From: a bacterium
GTDB taxonomy: Bacteria > Planctomycetota > JAFGQW01
Direction: 5' to 3'
Length of the DNA stretch: 64,000 bases
Assembly (NCBI GenBank): GCA_030426805.1
Contig: JAUHXU010000001.1
Span: forward strand, 768,861-832,860
Shown here: one piece after another, positions 42,625 through 56,044 of the stretch
Layout: every line of letters starts with the position of its first letter
Position numbering within the stretch: position 1 is the stretch's first letter
Made by a program: the position numbers and the translations under genes
Notes under the pieces: generated by a model
Databases searched by the model: none
The model's input: the letters and a program-made list of their open reading frames with translations, nothing else
What the model was told of the DNA's origin: nothing

Positions 42625-43229
42625 CACGCCACCTCCCGCACGGGCAGCCGCCCGAGATGGTGTGCGGCGAGTTCGAGCGCGGTCGCGAGCCGCGTCGCCT
42701 TCGAGCGCAGGTAGCGCAACAACAGCAGGACGGGCACCGCCGCGCACAAGCCGGCCTGCGTCGTGAGCAGCGCCTGGCGGATCCCGTCGGCGAGCATTCG
42801 AGCATCGCCGGTGCCGTGCGCCTGGATCGCCTCGAACGTGTGCAGCATGCCGAGCACCGTGCCGAGCAGTCCGAGCAACGGCAGCAGTCCGGCGAGCGCG
42901 GCGATCGGCGTGAGCCCGGCCATCATCCGTCCGTGGGCCGCATCGACGAGCGGTGTCGCGATCGCGCGGAACTCCGACCGTGGCGCGCCGCTCGCGTGGA
43001 CGAACTCGCGCAGCACGTCGCCCTCCGGCGACGCGACGCCCAACGCCGCGCGGTCGGCTTCCTCCCACCGATCGTCCGCCGCGGCGTGGATCACGTGCTC
43101 GATCGGCAACTTGCGCCGCAGATCGGCCCACTTGAGCGCGACCGCGATCCACGCGACGAGCGACGTGACCGCGATCGCGACCATCACCGGGCCGCCTTCG
43201 ACGAAGAGTTCGCGCACGAGTTCGATCAC
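42624..43229 (-). CDS. exbB: MotA/TolQ/ExbB proton-channel protein (short ExbB)
   Basis: 201 aa. GTG start with GGGAG RBS. Three TM helices and the conserved LGLLGTVLGMLHTF / LLTTQAGL segments. Confidence 0.85.
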   Translation of the reverse strand: MIELVRELFVEGGPVMVAIAVTSLVAWIAVALKWADLRRKLPIEHVIHAAADDRWEEADRAALGVASPEGDVLREFVHASGAPRSEFRAIATPLVDAAHGRMMAGLTPIAALAGLLPLLGLLGTVLGMLHTFEAIQAHGTGDARMLADGIRQALLTTQAGLCAAVPVLLLLRYLRSKATRLATALELAAHHLGRLPVREVA

Positions 43230-44599
43230 GACCGCTCCCGGAGCACGTTGAGCATCGTCGCCGAGAACCGTTCGGTGTCGGCGATCAGGCGGTCGGCCCG
43301 CGCCGACAGGAATGCATGCGCGAGCAGGATCGGGATCGCGATGATCAGACCGGCTGCGGTCGTGATCAGCGCCTGCGAGATGCCGCCGGCCATCATGCGC
43401 GGGTCGCCGCTGCCGAACGTCGCGATCATCTCGAACGTGAGGATCATGCCCGTCACGGTGCCGAGCAGGCCCAGGAGCGGCGCGACCGCCGCGAGGATGC
43501 CGATCGTCGAGAGGAAGCGCTCCACGCGCGGCATGTCGTGGAGGATCTGTTCCTGGATCGCGTCTTCCCGCGCTTCGACGCCCGCATCGCGCGACGCGAG
43601 GCACGCGGCGAGTGCGCGGGCCGTCGGTCCGCGCGCGTTCGAGCACGCCGCGATCGCCTGGTCGTGATCGCCGGACTCGGCGAACCGAATCGTCCGCTCC
43701 GCGAGGCGCGCAGCGCCGCGGCCCTCGATCGCGAACCAGCCGACGCGCGCGAGGATCAACAGCAGGGCGAGCAGCGCGACGCCGGCGAGGGGGACCATCA
43801 CGGGGCCGCCGGCCTTCACGACGTCGAAGAACGTCTCGCGCCGCGTGCGCGCCTCCGAACGGAGTTGTTGCGTCGGATCGATCGGAACCACGGCCGTCGT
43901 CGCGCCTCCGGCGGCCACCGCGTCGAACGCGGCGGACAACGCCGCCGCGTCGTCCGGCTCGAGCGCCTCGACCCACCGTCCATCCTCGTCGCTGCCGGGA
44001 CTCTTCAGCGACAGCGCGACGCGCCCGTCCGCGCGGTAGGCCCAGCCGACCTGACCGATCCGCATCACCTCGGCGTCGATCGGCTTGCCGGCCGGTCCGA
44101 CGATCGTCTCGCGGGTCAGCGAGACGCCGCGCCCACGCGCGAGAATTTGCCGCATCGCGTCGAGCAACGCCGGCACGTCGGCGTCGGCGGCCACCGGTGC
44201 CTCGCGGTCGCGCCCCGGCATCGCGTCGACGAAATCGCGCAACCGGCGCGCGACGTCGGCGCGGATCCGCCCGACCTCGGCGGCGTCGGCCTCGATGCGA
44301 TCCAACTCGGCGGCCAGGGTCTCGCGCTTCTCGGCGAGGGCGCCGAGGTCTGCCGCACGGCGCTGCGACTCGAGTGCGACACGCAGGTCCACCCGGCGGT
44401 CGGACAGCGTGTCGCGTTGGCGGACGAGCGTATCGCGCTCCGCTTCGAGTGCGCCGCGCTCGGCGGCGATCCGCGCCTTCTCGCGCGCCAGCTCCGCCTT
44501 CGCCTCGGCGAGGATCGTCGCGAGTCGATCGTCCTGCGACGACGCGGCCGTGACCGCCGCGCACAACGCGAGCGCGACGGCGATGACGTGGCGGCGCAT
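43226..44599 (-). CDS. Long MotA/TolQ/ExbB-family protein with about 250 aa N-terminal periplasmic coiled-coil extension (TtpC-like)
   Basis: 457 aa. Signal peptide MRRHVIAVALALCAAVTAASSQ. Coiled-coil N-terminal region. C-terminal ExbB core (LLGLLGTVTGMILTFEMI, ISQALITTAAGL). Confidence 0.8.
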   Translation of the reverse strand: MRRHVIAVALALCAAVTAASSQDDRLATILAEAKAELAREKARIAAERGALEAERDTLVRQRDTLSDRRVDLRVALESQRRAADLGALAEKRETLAAELDRIEADAAEVGRIRADVARRLRDFVDAMPGRDREAPVAADADVPALLDAMRQILARGRGVSLTRETIVGPAGKPIDAEVMRIGQVGWAYRADGRVALSLKSPGSDEDGRWVEALEPDDAAALSAAFDAVAAGGATTAVVPIDPTQQLRSEARTRRETFFDVVKAGGPVMVPLAGVALLALLLILARVGWFAIEGRGAARLAERTIRFAESGDHDQAIAACSNARGPTARALAACLASRDAGVEAREDAIQEQILHDMPRVERFLSTIGILAAVAPLLGLLGTVTGMILTFEMIATFGSGDPRMMAGGISQALITTAAGLIIAIPILLAHAFLSARADRLIADTERFSATMLNVLRERS

Positions 44600-45390
44600 C
44601 AGCGACCCTCCTCGACCCGCTCGAGCCGGAGCGGCAAGCGCACGAGCGACGGCACGCGGCGGCGATCGAAGATGTCGACCGCGGTGCGCACCGCCTCGGG
44701 ATGCACACGCGCGGGGTCGGTCACCCAGCCTTCACCGGGGACCCACAGCGCGACGTCGCCGCCGTCTTCGGTGACGAGGCCGAGGAAGTGATGGCCGACG
44801 CGAACCATGCGCGCGTCCTTCTCGCGCCCGTCCGGCAGCTTCGCGCGATCGGCGAGCATCTCGCCGCTGCGCGCCAGACGCAGCTCCTCCTGGAAGTAGG
44901 ACCACGCCCCGCCGAACGCCTCGGCGCCGGTCGTCGCGTCACGCACGACGTCGAGTCGCCCGACGCGGCGCGACAGCCGGACCGGCAAGCCGGACTCGAC
45001 CGGGCCACGCTCTTCGCCGGCGAAGCGACCGCACGCGTCGAGGATCGCCGCACGCGTCGCGCGCGCCGCCTCGAGCTTCGTCGACAACTCCGCGACCGCG
45101 CTCTTCGCGGCGGTCTGCTCGGCCTCGACTTCGGTGCGCTGCTCGTCGAGCGTGCCGACCTCGGCCTCGAGTCGCGTGATCGACACGCGGACCGTGTCGA
45201 TCTCCGCCTCGAGCGTGCGGCGGTCGGCGTAGTGGCCGCGCCGCAGTTCGCGCAACTCGGCCAGGACCTGTTCCAGTTCCTCCGCGACGCCGCTCGGCGC
45301 TTCGGCGGGGGCGGCCGCGACGCCGGTGAGCGCCGCGCACATGAGAATCAGACCGGCGAGTCGCCGTAGTCGAGCACCGTTGCCGTACAT
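44599..45390 (-). CDS. DUF3450-like secreted coiled-coil protein (TtpB-like)
   Basis: Start MYGNGARLRRLAGLILMCAALTGVAAAPAEA (signal peptide) with GGAAGG RBS. Roughly 230 aa of coiled coil. The 5' part of ORF 44599..45699 is Arg-rich non-coding-like. Confidence 0.65.
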   Translation of the reverse strand: MYGNGARLRRLAGLILMCAALTGVAAAPAEAPSGVAEELEQVLAELRELRRGHYADRRTLEAEIDTVRVSITRLEAEVGTLDEQRTEVEAEQTAAKSAVAELSTKLEAARATRAAILDACGRFAGEERGPVESGLPVRLSRRVGRLDVVRDATTGAEAFGGAWSYFQEELRLARSGEMLADRAKLPDGREKDARMVRVGHHFLGLVTEDGGDVALWVPGEGWVTDPARVHPEAVRTAVDIFDRRRVPSLVRLPLRLERVEEGR

Positions 45391-45410
45391 CCGGCTGCCT
45401 TCCATCGGGG

Positions 45411-46655
45411 TCACGAATTCAACGGAAACGACGCGTCGCCGATCACGGTTCGGCTCGGTCGCTCCTCGATCCACAGGATTCTGAATGATCGCGCCGCGGG
45501 AACAACCCTCGGGTGGTGCGCCTTCGCCGAGCGGGCGACCGCGACCGGAGCGCTCCAGGTGCGCCCCCCGTCGGCCGAACGCGCCGCGAACACGCCGGTG
45601 CCGGGCTCGTCCCACACCGCGGCGAGCACGCCGTCCGCGCCGATCGCGACGTCGGGGTGCCGCGCGGACTCGGCGCCGAGCCGCACCGGATCGCTCCATG
45701 CGCCGCTGCCGTCGCCCACGGTGTAATGGACCCCGCGGACGCCGATCTTGTCGGTCCAGACGACCGTGTGCACGCGACCGTCGTCACCGGTCGCGATCCC
45801 GGCGCCGATGTGCGGACACGCCGTCGTACCCCAGTCGAACGCGCCCGCGCGCCCGAGGCTCCGCCAGCCGTCCGCACCGCCGCGCGCGACCGCCATGTCG
45901 CGCGGCGCGAGGTCGCGGTAGACGACGAGCACGTCGCCGTCGCGACCGACCGCGGCGCGGTTCCAGCAGCACTCGCACGTCGACGCGTCGACGGTCAGCG
46001 GTTCGGACCACGTCTCGCCACCATCGTCGGTCCACGCATGCTGCAGCGCCTTGCGTGCCCCGTCGGCGATCGACCGCTTGTCGAGCCAGACCGCATGGAT
46101 GCGCCCGTTCGCGTCCGTGACGAGATCGACGAACGCCTGACCGCTCGCGTCGTCGAGCGGTGCGGGGCAGGGACGTGCTTGCCACGTGCGCCCCCCGTCG
46201 GCCGACGTCGCGGCAGCCAGCGGGCCACGCCCCATGAACCCGGAGCCCTTGGTGGTCCAGATCGCGACGAGGCGATCGCCGGCCGCGGCGATCTGGGGTC
46301 CTTTGCCGGGCTTGGCGTGGTGCGGCGGCGTGTCGCCGAGGGCGACCGACGACGGTTCCGACCACGAGGCACCGTCGTCCACCGACGTCGCGTGCCAGAG
46401 CGCGGGCGCGTCGGCCGGGCCGGCCGCGAACAACAGGTGCAGCCGGTCGCCGTCGCGCGACACGTCGAAGCACCGGAACGACACCCGGCTCAGATCGGTG
46501 AGCTGTCGCGCCGGTTCGCGCGAGCAGGCGCCGACCGCAAGGAGTGCGATCAACGCCGCGCCGAGCTGTCCGCACACAGACAGTCCGCACACAGACAGTC
46601 CGTCAACGGACGATCCGCGAACGGAGCGGCGGCGTCGAATGAGACCGCGTCCCAT
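45411..46655 (-). CDS. BNR/Asp-box repeat protein (sialidase/glycosyl-hydrolase-like beta-propeller), probable lipoprotein
   Basis: Start MGRGLIRRRR... with a hydrophobic stretch ending LLAVGAC. At least four BNR-type motifs (DGGRTW, DDGGETW). The N-terminus contains a 15-nt tandem duplication encoding LSVCGLSVCG. Confidence 0.7.
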   Translation of the reverse strand: MGRGLIRRRRSVRGSSVDGLSVCGLSVCGQLGAALIALLAVGACSREPARQLTDLSRVSFRCFDVSRDGDRLHLLFAAGPADAPALWHATSVDDGASWSEPSSVALGDTPPHHAKPGKGPQIAAAGDRLVAIWTTKGSGFMGRGPLAAATSADGGRTWQARPCPAPLDDASGQAFVDLVTDANGRIHAVWLDKRSIADGARKALQHAWTDDGGETWSEPLTVDASTCECCWNRAAVGRDGDVLVVYRDLAPRDMAVARGGADGWRSLGRAGAFDWGTTACPHIGAGIATGDDGRVHTVVWTDKIGVRGVHYTVGDGSGAWSDPVRLGAESARHPDVAIGADGVLAAVWDEPGTGVFAARSADGGRTWSAPVAVARSAKAHHPRVVPAARSFRILWIEERPSRTVIGDASFPLNS

Positions 46656-46913
46656 CGACCATTCCTTCCATACCTCTCGGCGTGGTGGGCCCCCGCGGTT
46701 GGCATGACCGCCGATGAGAGCCCCCTCACCCGAGCTGCCATCGTAGCGAAGCATATGACGTGCGACAACCCCATGCGGCGACGGCAGTTGGCTCGCCATG
46801 ACGTGCCGATCAAGTCGAGACGCGCGGGCGCCCGAGAATGAGATTGGACCTCGGGCTGCTATCCTTCAGCGGCGCGGGCAGGGTGTCCGCAAGTAGAAAG
46901 GAGCGCTGCAGGG

Positions 46914-48643
46914 GTGGCGCAACCCGGTATCGCCGGCGTCGTGGTGCGCTGGATCGCGACGATCGGTGTCGTGCTCGGGCTGCTCGGGGCGAGCTTCGCG
47001 CTCGGCGTCCGGACGGCCGTCAAAGCCGACGAGGACCCCGTAGACGCCCCGCCGACCGAGACCGGCGAGGCGAAGCCGCAGTATGCGTGCTCGATGTTCT
47101 GCGTGCCGCCCCTGGACGACCCGGGCAAGTGTCCGACCTGCGGCATGGAGATGGTCGAAGTCGGCGAGATCTCGAACCGGCTGACGCTGTCGGATGATGC
47201 ACGCCGCCTCGCCGCGGTCCGCACGGTCGCGGTCGAACGGCGCTTCGTAACGAAGCCGATCGACCTCGTCGGCAAGCTCGCACTCGACGAGCTGCAGACG
47301 CGCTCGGTCACCGCCCCCGCCGACGGCACGATCCGCACGCTCGCGTTCGGCTTCCCGGGGCTGCACGTGCGTCGTGGCGACAAGCTGCTCGAGTTCCGTA
47401 GCGACGCGCTCCTCGCCGCCCAGGAAGAGGCGATCCGGATCGCCGCGCGTGTGAAGCGCGCCGACGGCGACGAGAAGGCCGAGGCGCTGCAAGCGCAGCA
47501 GAAGATCCGCGCCAAGTTGCTCGCGATGGGCATGGTCGGGCAGGACGTCGTCGCGATGGAACAGCGCGGCACCGCCGACGGCACGACGTGGATCCGCTCG
47601 GACTACGACGGCCGCGTGATGGGCAAGCACGCCAACGCCGGCGCCTGGGTCGAGGCCGGCACGTTGATCTACACGCTCGGCAACCTGCACGCGCTGTGGC
47701 TGATGCTCGAAGCCTACGAGTCGGATCTGCCGTGGCTGCGGCTCGGCCAGGAGGTCGAGTTCGAGATCGAGGCGATGCCCGGCAAGAAGATGGGCGGCAA
47801 GATCGCGTTCATGGCGCCGAAGATCGGCGCGACCCGCACGACGATGGTGCGCGTCGCCGCGGACGCACGCCTCGGCGAATCGTTCATGCTGTTCATGAAC
47901 CCGACGACGATGATGAAGCCCGGCATGTTCGTGCGCGCCCGCATCAAGGCGCTGCTCGGCGAAGACGGCGTCGCGGTGCACGAGCAGGAGATCGAAGACG
48001 CCCGCCCGCCGATGATCATCCCGGTCACCGCCCCGCTGATGACCGGCAAACGCGCGCTCGTCTACGTCGAAGTGCCCGGCGAACGCGGTGTCTTCGAGGG
48101 GCGCGAAGTCCTCCTCGGCCCGCGCACCGACAGTCACTACATCGTCTACGCCGGACTCGCCGAGGGCGACCGCGTCGTCGTGCACGGCGCGTTCAAGATC
48201 GACAGTTCGGTGCAGATCGTCGGCGGGCCGAGCATGATGAACGTGCCGGCCGGCGAAGACGATGAGACCGCACGCTTCCGTCAGACGCGCTGCCCCGTGA
48301 CGGGCGCGATCGTCAACCAGGCGTTCTACACCGACCACGACGGCAAGCGGATCTACTTCTGCTGCGCCGCGTGCGTGAAGATCTTCGAGGCGACACCGCG
48401 CCCCTACCGTGAGCGACTCGACCGCGACGGGATCGAACTCGCGGACTCGCCGAAGCCGCAGACGATCTGCCCGATCATGGAGAAGCCGATCGTGCGGACG
48501 ATCTTCGCCGACCACGACGGCAAGCGCGTCTACTTCTGCTGCCCGCCGTGCATCCCGCGCTTCCTCGACGACCCCGAACGGTGGCTCTCGAAGATGCGCG
48601 CGAACAACGTCGAACTCGAGCCCACGCCGGCCGACGCGCGCTG

Positions 48644-48644
<1 letters not shown>
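46914..48644 (+). CDS. cusB: Heavy-metal RND efflux periplasmic adaptor (CusB/CzcB-like) with an N-terminal Cys-rich metal-binding domain and two C-terminal YHS/TRASH-like domains
   Basis: GTG start with AAAGGAG RBS. N-terminal TM. Motif YACSMFCVPPLDDPGKCPTCGMEM. HlyD-like barrel-sandwich, beta-barrel and MP domains. Two C-terminal repeats CPVTGAIVNQAFYTDHDGKRIYFCCAAC and CPIMEKPIVRTIFADHDGKRVYFCCPPC. Confidence 0.8.
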
Positions 48645-52474
<3,830 letters not shown>

Positions 52475-52820
52475 GCGGAGATCGTTCGTAACCGATCGAC
52501 GTCCCGCCCGACTATCAGGGCATGACACCCTTCGTCCACGTCGCGATCCGCCAGCGAAGCACGACCGACTCCCTCCTCGTCGACGACCGCCCCGCAGCGG
52601 GGTCCCGTTCGAGCGACGTTCATCGCGCTCGCGGCGCATCAAGGCTGGCGGGATCGGCACGCGTTGATGCACGCGGCGGGATGCAGTCGCGCGACCGTGG
52701 GTCGATTGCTCGCGGCGCCGAGCGAGCCGGCCGCGCTGGACGCCGCTCGCGTCTGCCTCGGCGACGATCGGCTGCTGTTCCCATTGGGGGCGTGAACGCG
52801 CGGCGCCGAAACGAGCGTGA

Positions 52821-52870
52821 GAGGCTCATTCAACCCTCGCGCGTCAACGCGCGGCGGTCGAATGAGCCTC
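52821..52870. repeat. Large inverted repeat (11-bp arms gaggctcattc / gaatgagcctc) enclosing an inner palindrome cgcgcg-tcaa-cgcgcg; likely a bidirectional terminator or structured element
   Basis: Seen directly in sequence. Lies 28 nt past the stop of the minus-strand gene 52898..55447, in a 423-nt convergent intergenic region. Confidence 0.5.
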
Positions 52871-52897
52871 CAGCGCTCGAAAAGGGCCCGCGCGTTG

Positions 52898-55447
52898 TCA
52901 GCGGGTGCGGTGGTCGGGGACCTTGGCGCTCTCACCGGGGTGGGTCAGCGTGACGGTCGCGATCTTCGCGTGGTCGACGACGATCGGGTAGCGGCCGGTC
53001 GGGAGGCCGGTGAACGTGAAGCGGCCGTCGCGGTCGGTCAACGTGTCGCGAGCGTCCTTGCCGCCGCCGGTCAGCACGCGCACGCGGTCGAGCGGGCGGC
53101 CGGACGCGTCGACGATGCGACCGCGGATCGTGCACTCGCGCACGAGGCGGATCGGCTCGAGCGCCGCCGGCCGCGGCTCGCCGCGCTTGACGACGACCTC
53201 GCCGCGCAGGTAGCCGGGCTTCGACACCCAGACCTTCAGGTCGAACGCGGTCTCGTCGGTGAGACCGGTGGCGGTGAACGCACCGGCCGCGTCGGTCTCG
53301 AACTTGCGGCGGTTCACGCCGTAGTGTCGCGGGCTCCACTCGTAGCAGTCGACGAGCGCGTCGGCGATCGGCTCGCCGGTCGCGTCATCGACGACCGCGC
53401 CGCGCAGCACGCCGGACGCGGCCTCGAGCGCGAACCGAACCGTCGTCGTCGCATTCGACTCGGGCACGTCGATCCGTTGCTCGAGCGGGCGGTAGCCGTC
53501 GGCGAAGACCCGTGCGATCCAGGGGCCCGGGCGCAGACTCTGCAGCACGAACCGCCCGGCCTCGGTCGCCTTGGACTCGTCGATCGTGATGTCGGACGCG
53601 GGCCAGCCGTAGCGCTCCGCATACGCCTTGTCGAACACCGCGCGATCGGGTCGCACCGAGACGCGCCACGCGGTGAGCGGCTCGGCGCTCCCGGCATCGA
53701 CGACCGTCAGCGCCACCGCACGCGCGGCGTCGACCTCGATCACGTTGTCGGTGCCGCTCGTGCATTCGCGCGTCACGCTCCACGCCGGCGGCGACTCGAC
53801 GCCGATCCGCCCCTTGCGATCCGGCGGCACGACGTTGACCCGGTAGGTGCCGGGCGCGATGCCGCGGAGCGTCGCGCGGCCGTCGGCGTCCGTCGTCGCC
53901 CGCTGGATCGAGACGACATCGTAGCGGTTCTCCATGCCGGGGTCGTGCAGGCGCACCGCGGCGCCGGCGACCGGCGTGCCCGTCCGGCCGTCACGAACCG
54001 AAACGGTCATCGCGACGCCTTCGGTCAACCGCAACTCGACGTCGCCGTGATCGCGGTCGGCGGTGAACGGGTGCTCCGCGGGGATCGACGTCGCGGTCCA
54101 CGCGCCGAGCACGAACGGGCGCCCCTCGACGAGTCCTCGCACGTCGAACCGGCCGTCGGCGTCGGTCTCGCTCATCCGGAGCGCGCCCTCGTGCCCGCTG
54201 TAGCCGGTCGCACCGCGTGGGATCGCGACCGCGACCGATGCGCCGGCGACCGGCTCGCCCGACGCGTCCACGACCCGGCCGGAGACGCGACGCCCCTGCG
54301 CGATCCGCACGTCGCCGACGTCGAGCGCGCCGTCGCCGCGAACCGTGCTCCGCGCGCGATCGATCGGCTGCTTGCACTCGCGGTAGTCCGGGTGCAGCAC
54401 GAGCACCTTGCCCCGCATCGGCGAGCCGACGTTGCGGACGTGGAAGCGGCCGTCGGGGCCGGTCGTCGCGGGGCCGTAGGTGCTCGGCCCGATCGCGAAC
54501 GTATCGATGAACGCCGCCTCGCCCGAGAACGTCCGCCACGGCACCGACGGCTCGCCGGCGCCGTCCATCACGACACCGGTCTGAAACGGCGTGCCGTTGT
54601 CCACCCACACCTTCGCGCCGGCGACCGGCGACCCCTGCTCGTCGATCACCCGGCCGGCGACCGACCACGTCGTCAGCGCGCGCGACTCGCCCGCGTGCAG
54701 CGTCTCCTCGCCGATCACCGATCGCACGAGCACGACGCCCGCGAGCACCGCGACCGTCATCGCCGCACCGACCGTCATTCGCTTCGTCATCCTGGGTTCC
54801 TCCTCATCGGGCCCATCGGGCGTGTCGTCCACGAGTACGTCGCATCCCACGGTGAATGTCGTGCCGAGCGCTTCGGCGGTGCCGGCCGGCGTGCGCAGGA
54901 TGAAGCGGCCGTCGGCGTCGGCGACGTGGGCGGTGACCGAACCGCGCACGACGTCGATCCGGTGGCGCTCGCCGCGTCCCGGCGCGTTGAACGCGACCGT
55001 GCACGCCGGCGCGAGCACGAGGCGCGAACCGTCGGTGAGCCGCACGGTCGCGTCGGCGCCGTCACCGGCGACGACCGTTCGCCCGCGCACCGACGCGCCG
55101 TCGACCGACGCGATCGGCGGCGTCCACGTGTCCGGGTCGCTCGACAGCACGAGCCCGAGCACGATCCCGGCGATCGGCGCGACGAGCAGCGCCGCCGCGA
55201 TCGCGAGCCTGCGCCACCGGTGCGGGCGCGGCGCGACGCGGGCGAGGACCCGGTCGGCCAGCGCATCGGCGGCCGCACGGTGCGCGAGGGCATCGCCGAT
55301 CGCCGCGACGTCGCGCGCAAACGTGGCGCACGCGTCGCACGTCGCGACGTGGGTCGCGACCGCACGCTGCTCGTCGGCAGTCACCGCGTCGTCGGCGGCC
55401 TGCGAGATCAGGCGGCGGATCCGCGCGTGTTCGTCGTGTGCGTTCAT
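52898..55447 (-). CDS. Anti-sigma factor (zinc-finger HxxxCxxC, TM, FecR domain) fused in-frame to about 650 aa of carboxypeptidase-regulatory-like (CarboxypepD_reg) repeats
   Basis: ATG overlaps the stop of the upstream ECF sigma gene. N-terminal HVATCDAC anti-sigma zinc motif. TM WRRLAIAAALLVAPIAGIVLGLVL. FecR-like region (VRLTDGSRLVLAPACTVAF...RFILRTPAGTAEALGTTFTV). Then a second hydrophobic segment MTKRMTVGAAMTVAVLAGVVLV and at least 7 repeats of the G(R)V.D..G.PVAGA.V type. Confidence 0.6.
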   Translation of the reverse strand: MNAHDEHARIRRLISQAADDAVTADEQRAVATHVATCDACATFARDVAAIGDALAHRAAADALADRVLARVAPRPHRWRRLAIAAALLVAPIAGIVLGLVLSSDPDTWTPPIASVDGASVRGRTVVAGDGADATVRLTDGSRLVLAPACTVAFNAPGRGERHRIDVVRGSVTAHVADADGRFILRTPAGTAEALGTTFTVGCDVLVDDTPDGPDEEEPRMTKRMTVGAAMTVAVLAGVVLVRSVIGEETLHAGESRALTTWSVAGRVIDEQGSPVAGAKVWVDNGTPFQTGVVMDGAGEPSVPWRTFSGEAAFIDTFAIGPSTYGPATTGPDGRFHVRNVGSPMRGKVLVLHPDYRECKQPIDRARSTVRGDGALDVGDVRIAQGRRVSGRVVDASGEPVAGASVAVAIPRGATGYSGHEGALRMSETDADGRFDVRGLVEGRPFVLGAWTATSIPAEHPFTADRDHGDVELRLTEGVAMTVSVRDGRTGTPVAGAAVRLHDPGMENRYDVVSIQRATTDADGRATLRGIAPGTYRVNVVPPDRKGRIGVESPPAWSVTRECTSGTDNVIEVDAARAVALTVVDAGSAEPLTAWRVSVRPDRAVFDKAYAERYGWPASDITIDESKATEAGRFVLQSLRPGPWIARVFADGYRPLEQRIDVPESNATTTVRFALEAASGVLRGAVVDDATGEPIADALVDCYEWSPRHYGVNRRKFETDAAGAFTATGLTDETAFDLKVWVSKPGYLRGEVVVKRGEPRPAALEPIRLVRECTIRGRIVDASGRPLDRVRVLTGGGKDARDTLTDRDGRFTFTGLPTGRYPIVVDHAKIATVTLTHPGESAKVPDHRTR

Positions 55448-55992
55448 CACTCGTCTCCCTTCATCAGCCGACGCATCATCTGCCGGGCGCGATAGAGGCG
55501 CGCGTTGACGCCGTTGACCTCGAGGCCGAGGCGCGCGCCGATCTCGGCCAGACCGAGCCCGTCGACGTGGCGCAGTTCGAGAGCGACCCGGAAGTGCGCC
55601 GGCAGGCGCTCGAGCGCCGCGGCGATCGCATCGCTCTCGGGCGCTCGGTCGGCCGCGGTCGCGGCCACGGCGCCCTCGGGGATCGGGGCGGCGTCCGCGT
55701 CGGGGCGCTTTGCCTCGCGGGCCACGTGACGGCGACACCGATTGCGCGCGATCTCGTGCAGCCAGCCGCCGAAGCGCGACGGGTCGCGAAGCTGGCCGAG
55801 CCGCTCGTAGGCCGCGGCGAAGACGTCTTGCAGGACGTCGTCCGAAGCGTTCCGGTCCACCCCGAAGCCGTGGGCGATCGCCGCCACCCCGTCGGCATGG
55901 CGCCGAACCAGCAGCCGAAATGCGGCAGGCTCCCCGCCGAGCACTTGCCCGACGAGGCGCTCGTCCGGTGGGGTCACGGGCACGGCACTCAT
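55447..55992 (-). CDS. ECF (extracytoplasmic function) RNA polymerase sigma-70 factor
   Basis: 181 aa. Sigma-70 region 2 (LLVRRHADGVAAIA...DDVLQDVF) and region 4 HTH (LGLAEIGARLGLEVNGVNARLYRARQ). Confidence 0.85.
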   Translation of the reverse strand: MSAVPVTPPDERLVGQVLGGEPAAFRLLVRRHADGVAAIAHGFGVDRNASDDVLQDVFAAAYERLGQLRDPSRFGGWLHEIARNRCRRHVAREAKRPDADAAPIPEGAVAATAADRAPESDAIAAALERLPAHFRVALELRHVDGLGLAEIGARLGLEVNGVNARLYRARQMMRRLMKGDE

Positions 55993-56044
55993 CGCCCCCC
56001 AGGATCCTCGGCGGGGCCCGTGCTGCGCAAGAATCCGGTTTTTG

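Noticed and set aside
52522-52953. 143-aa + ORF in the cusA/anti-sigma intergenic region
   Set aside because: Arg-rich, with no RBS. It overlaps the hairpin region and the 3' end of the convergent gene.
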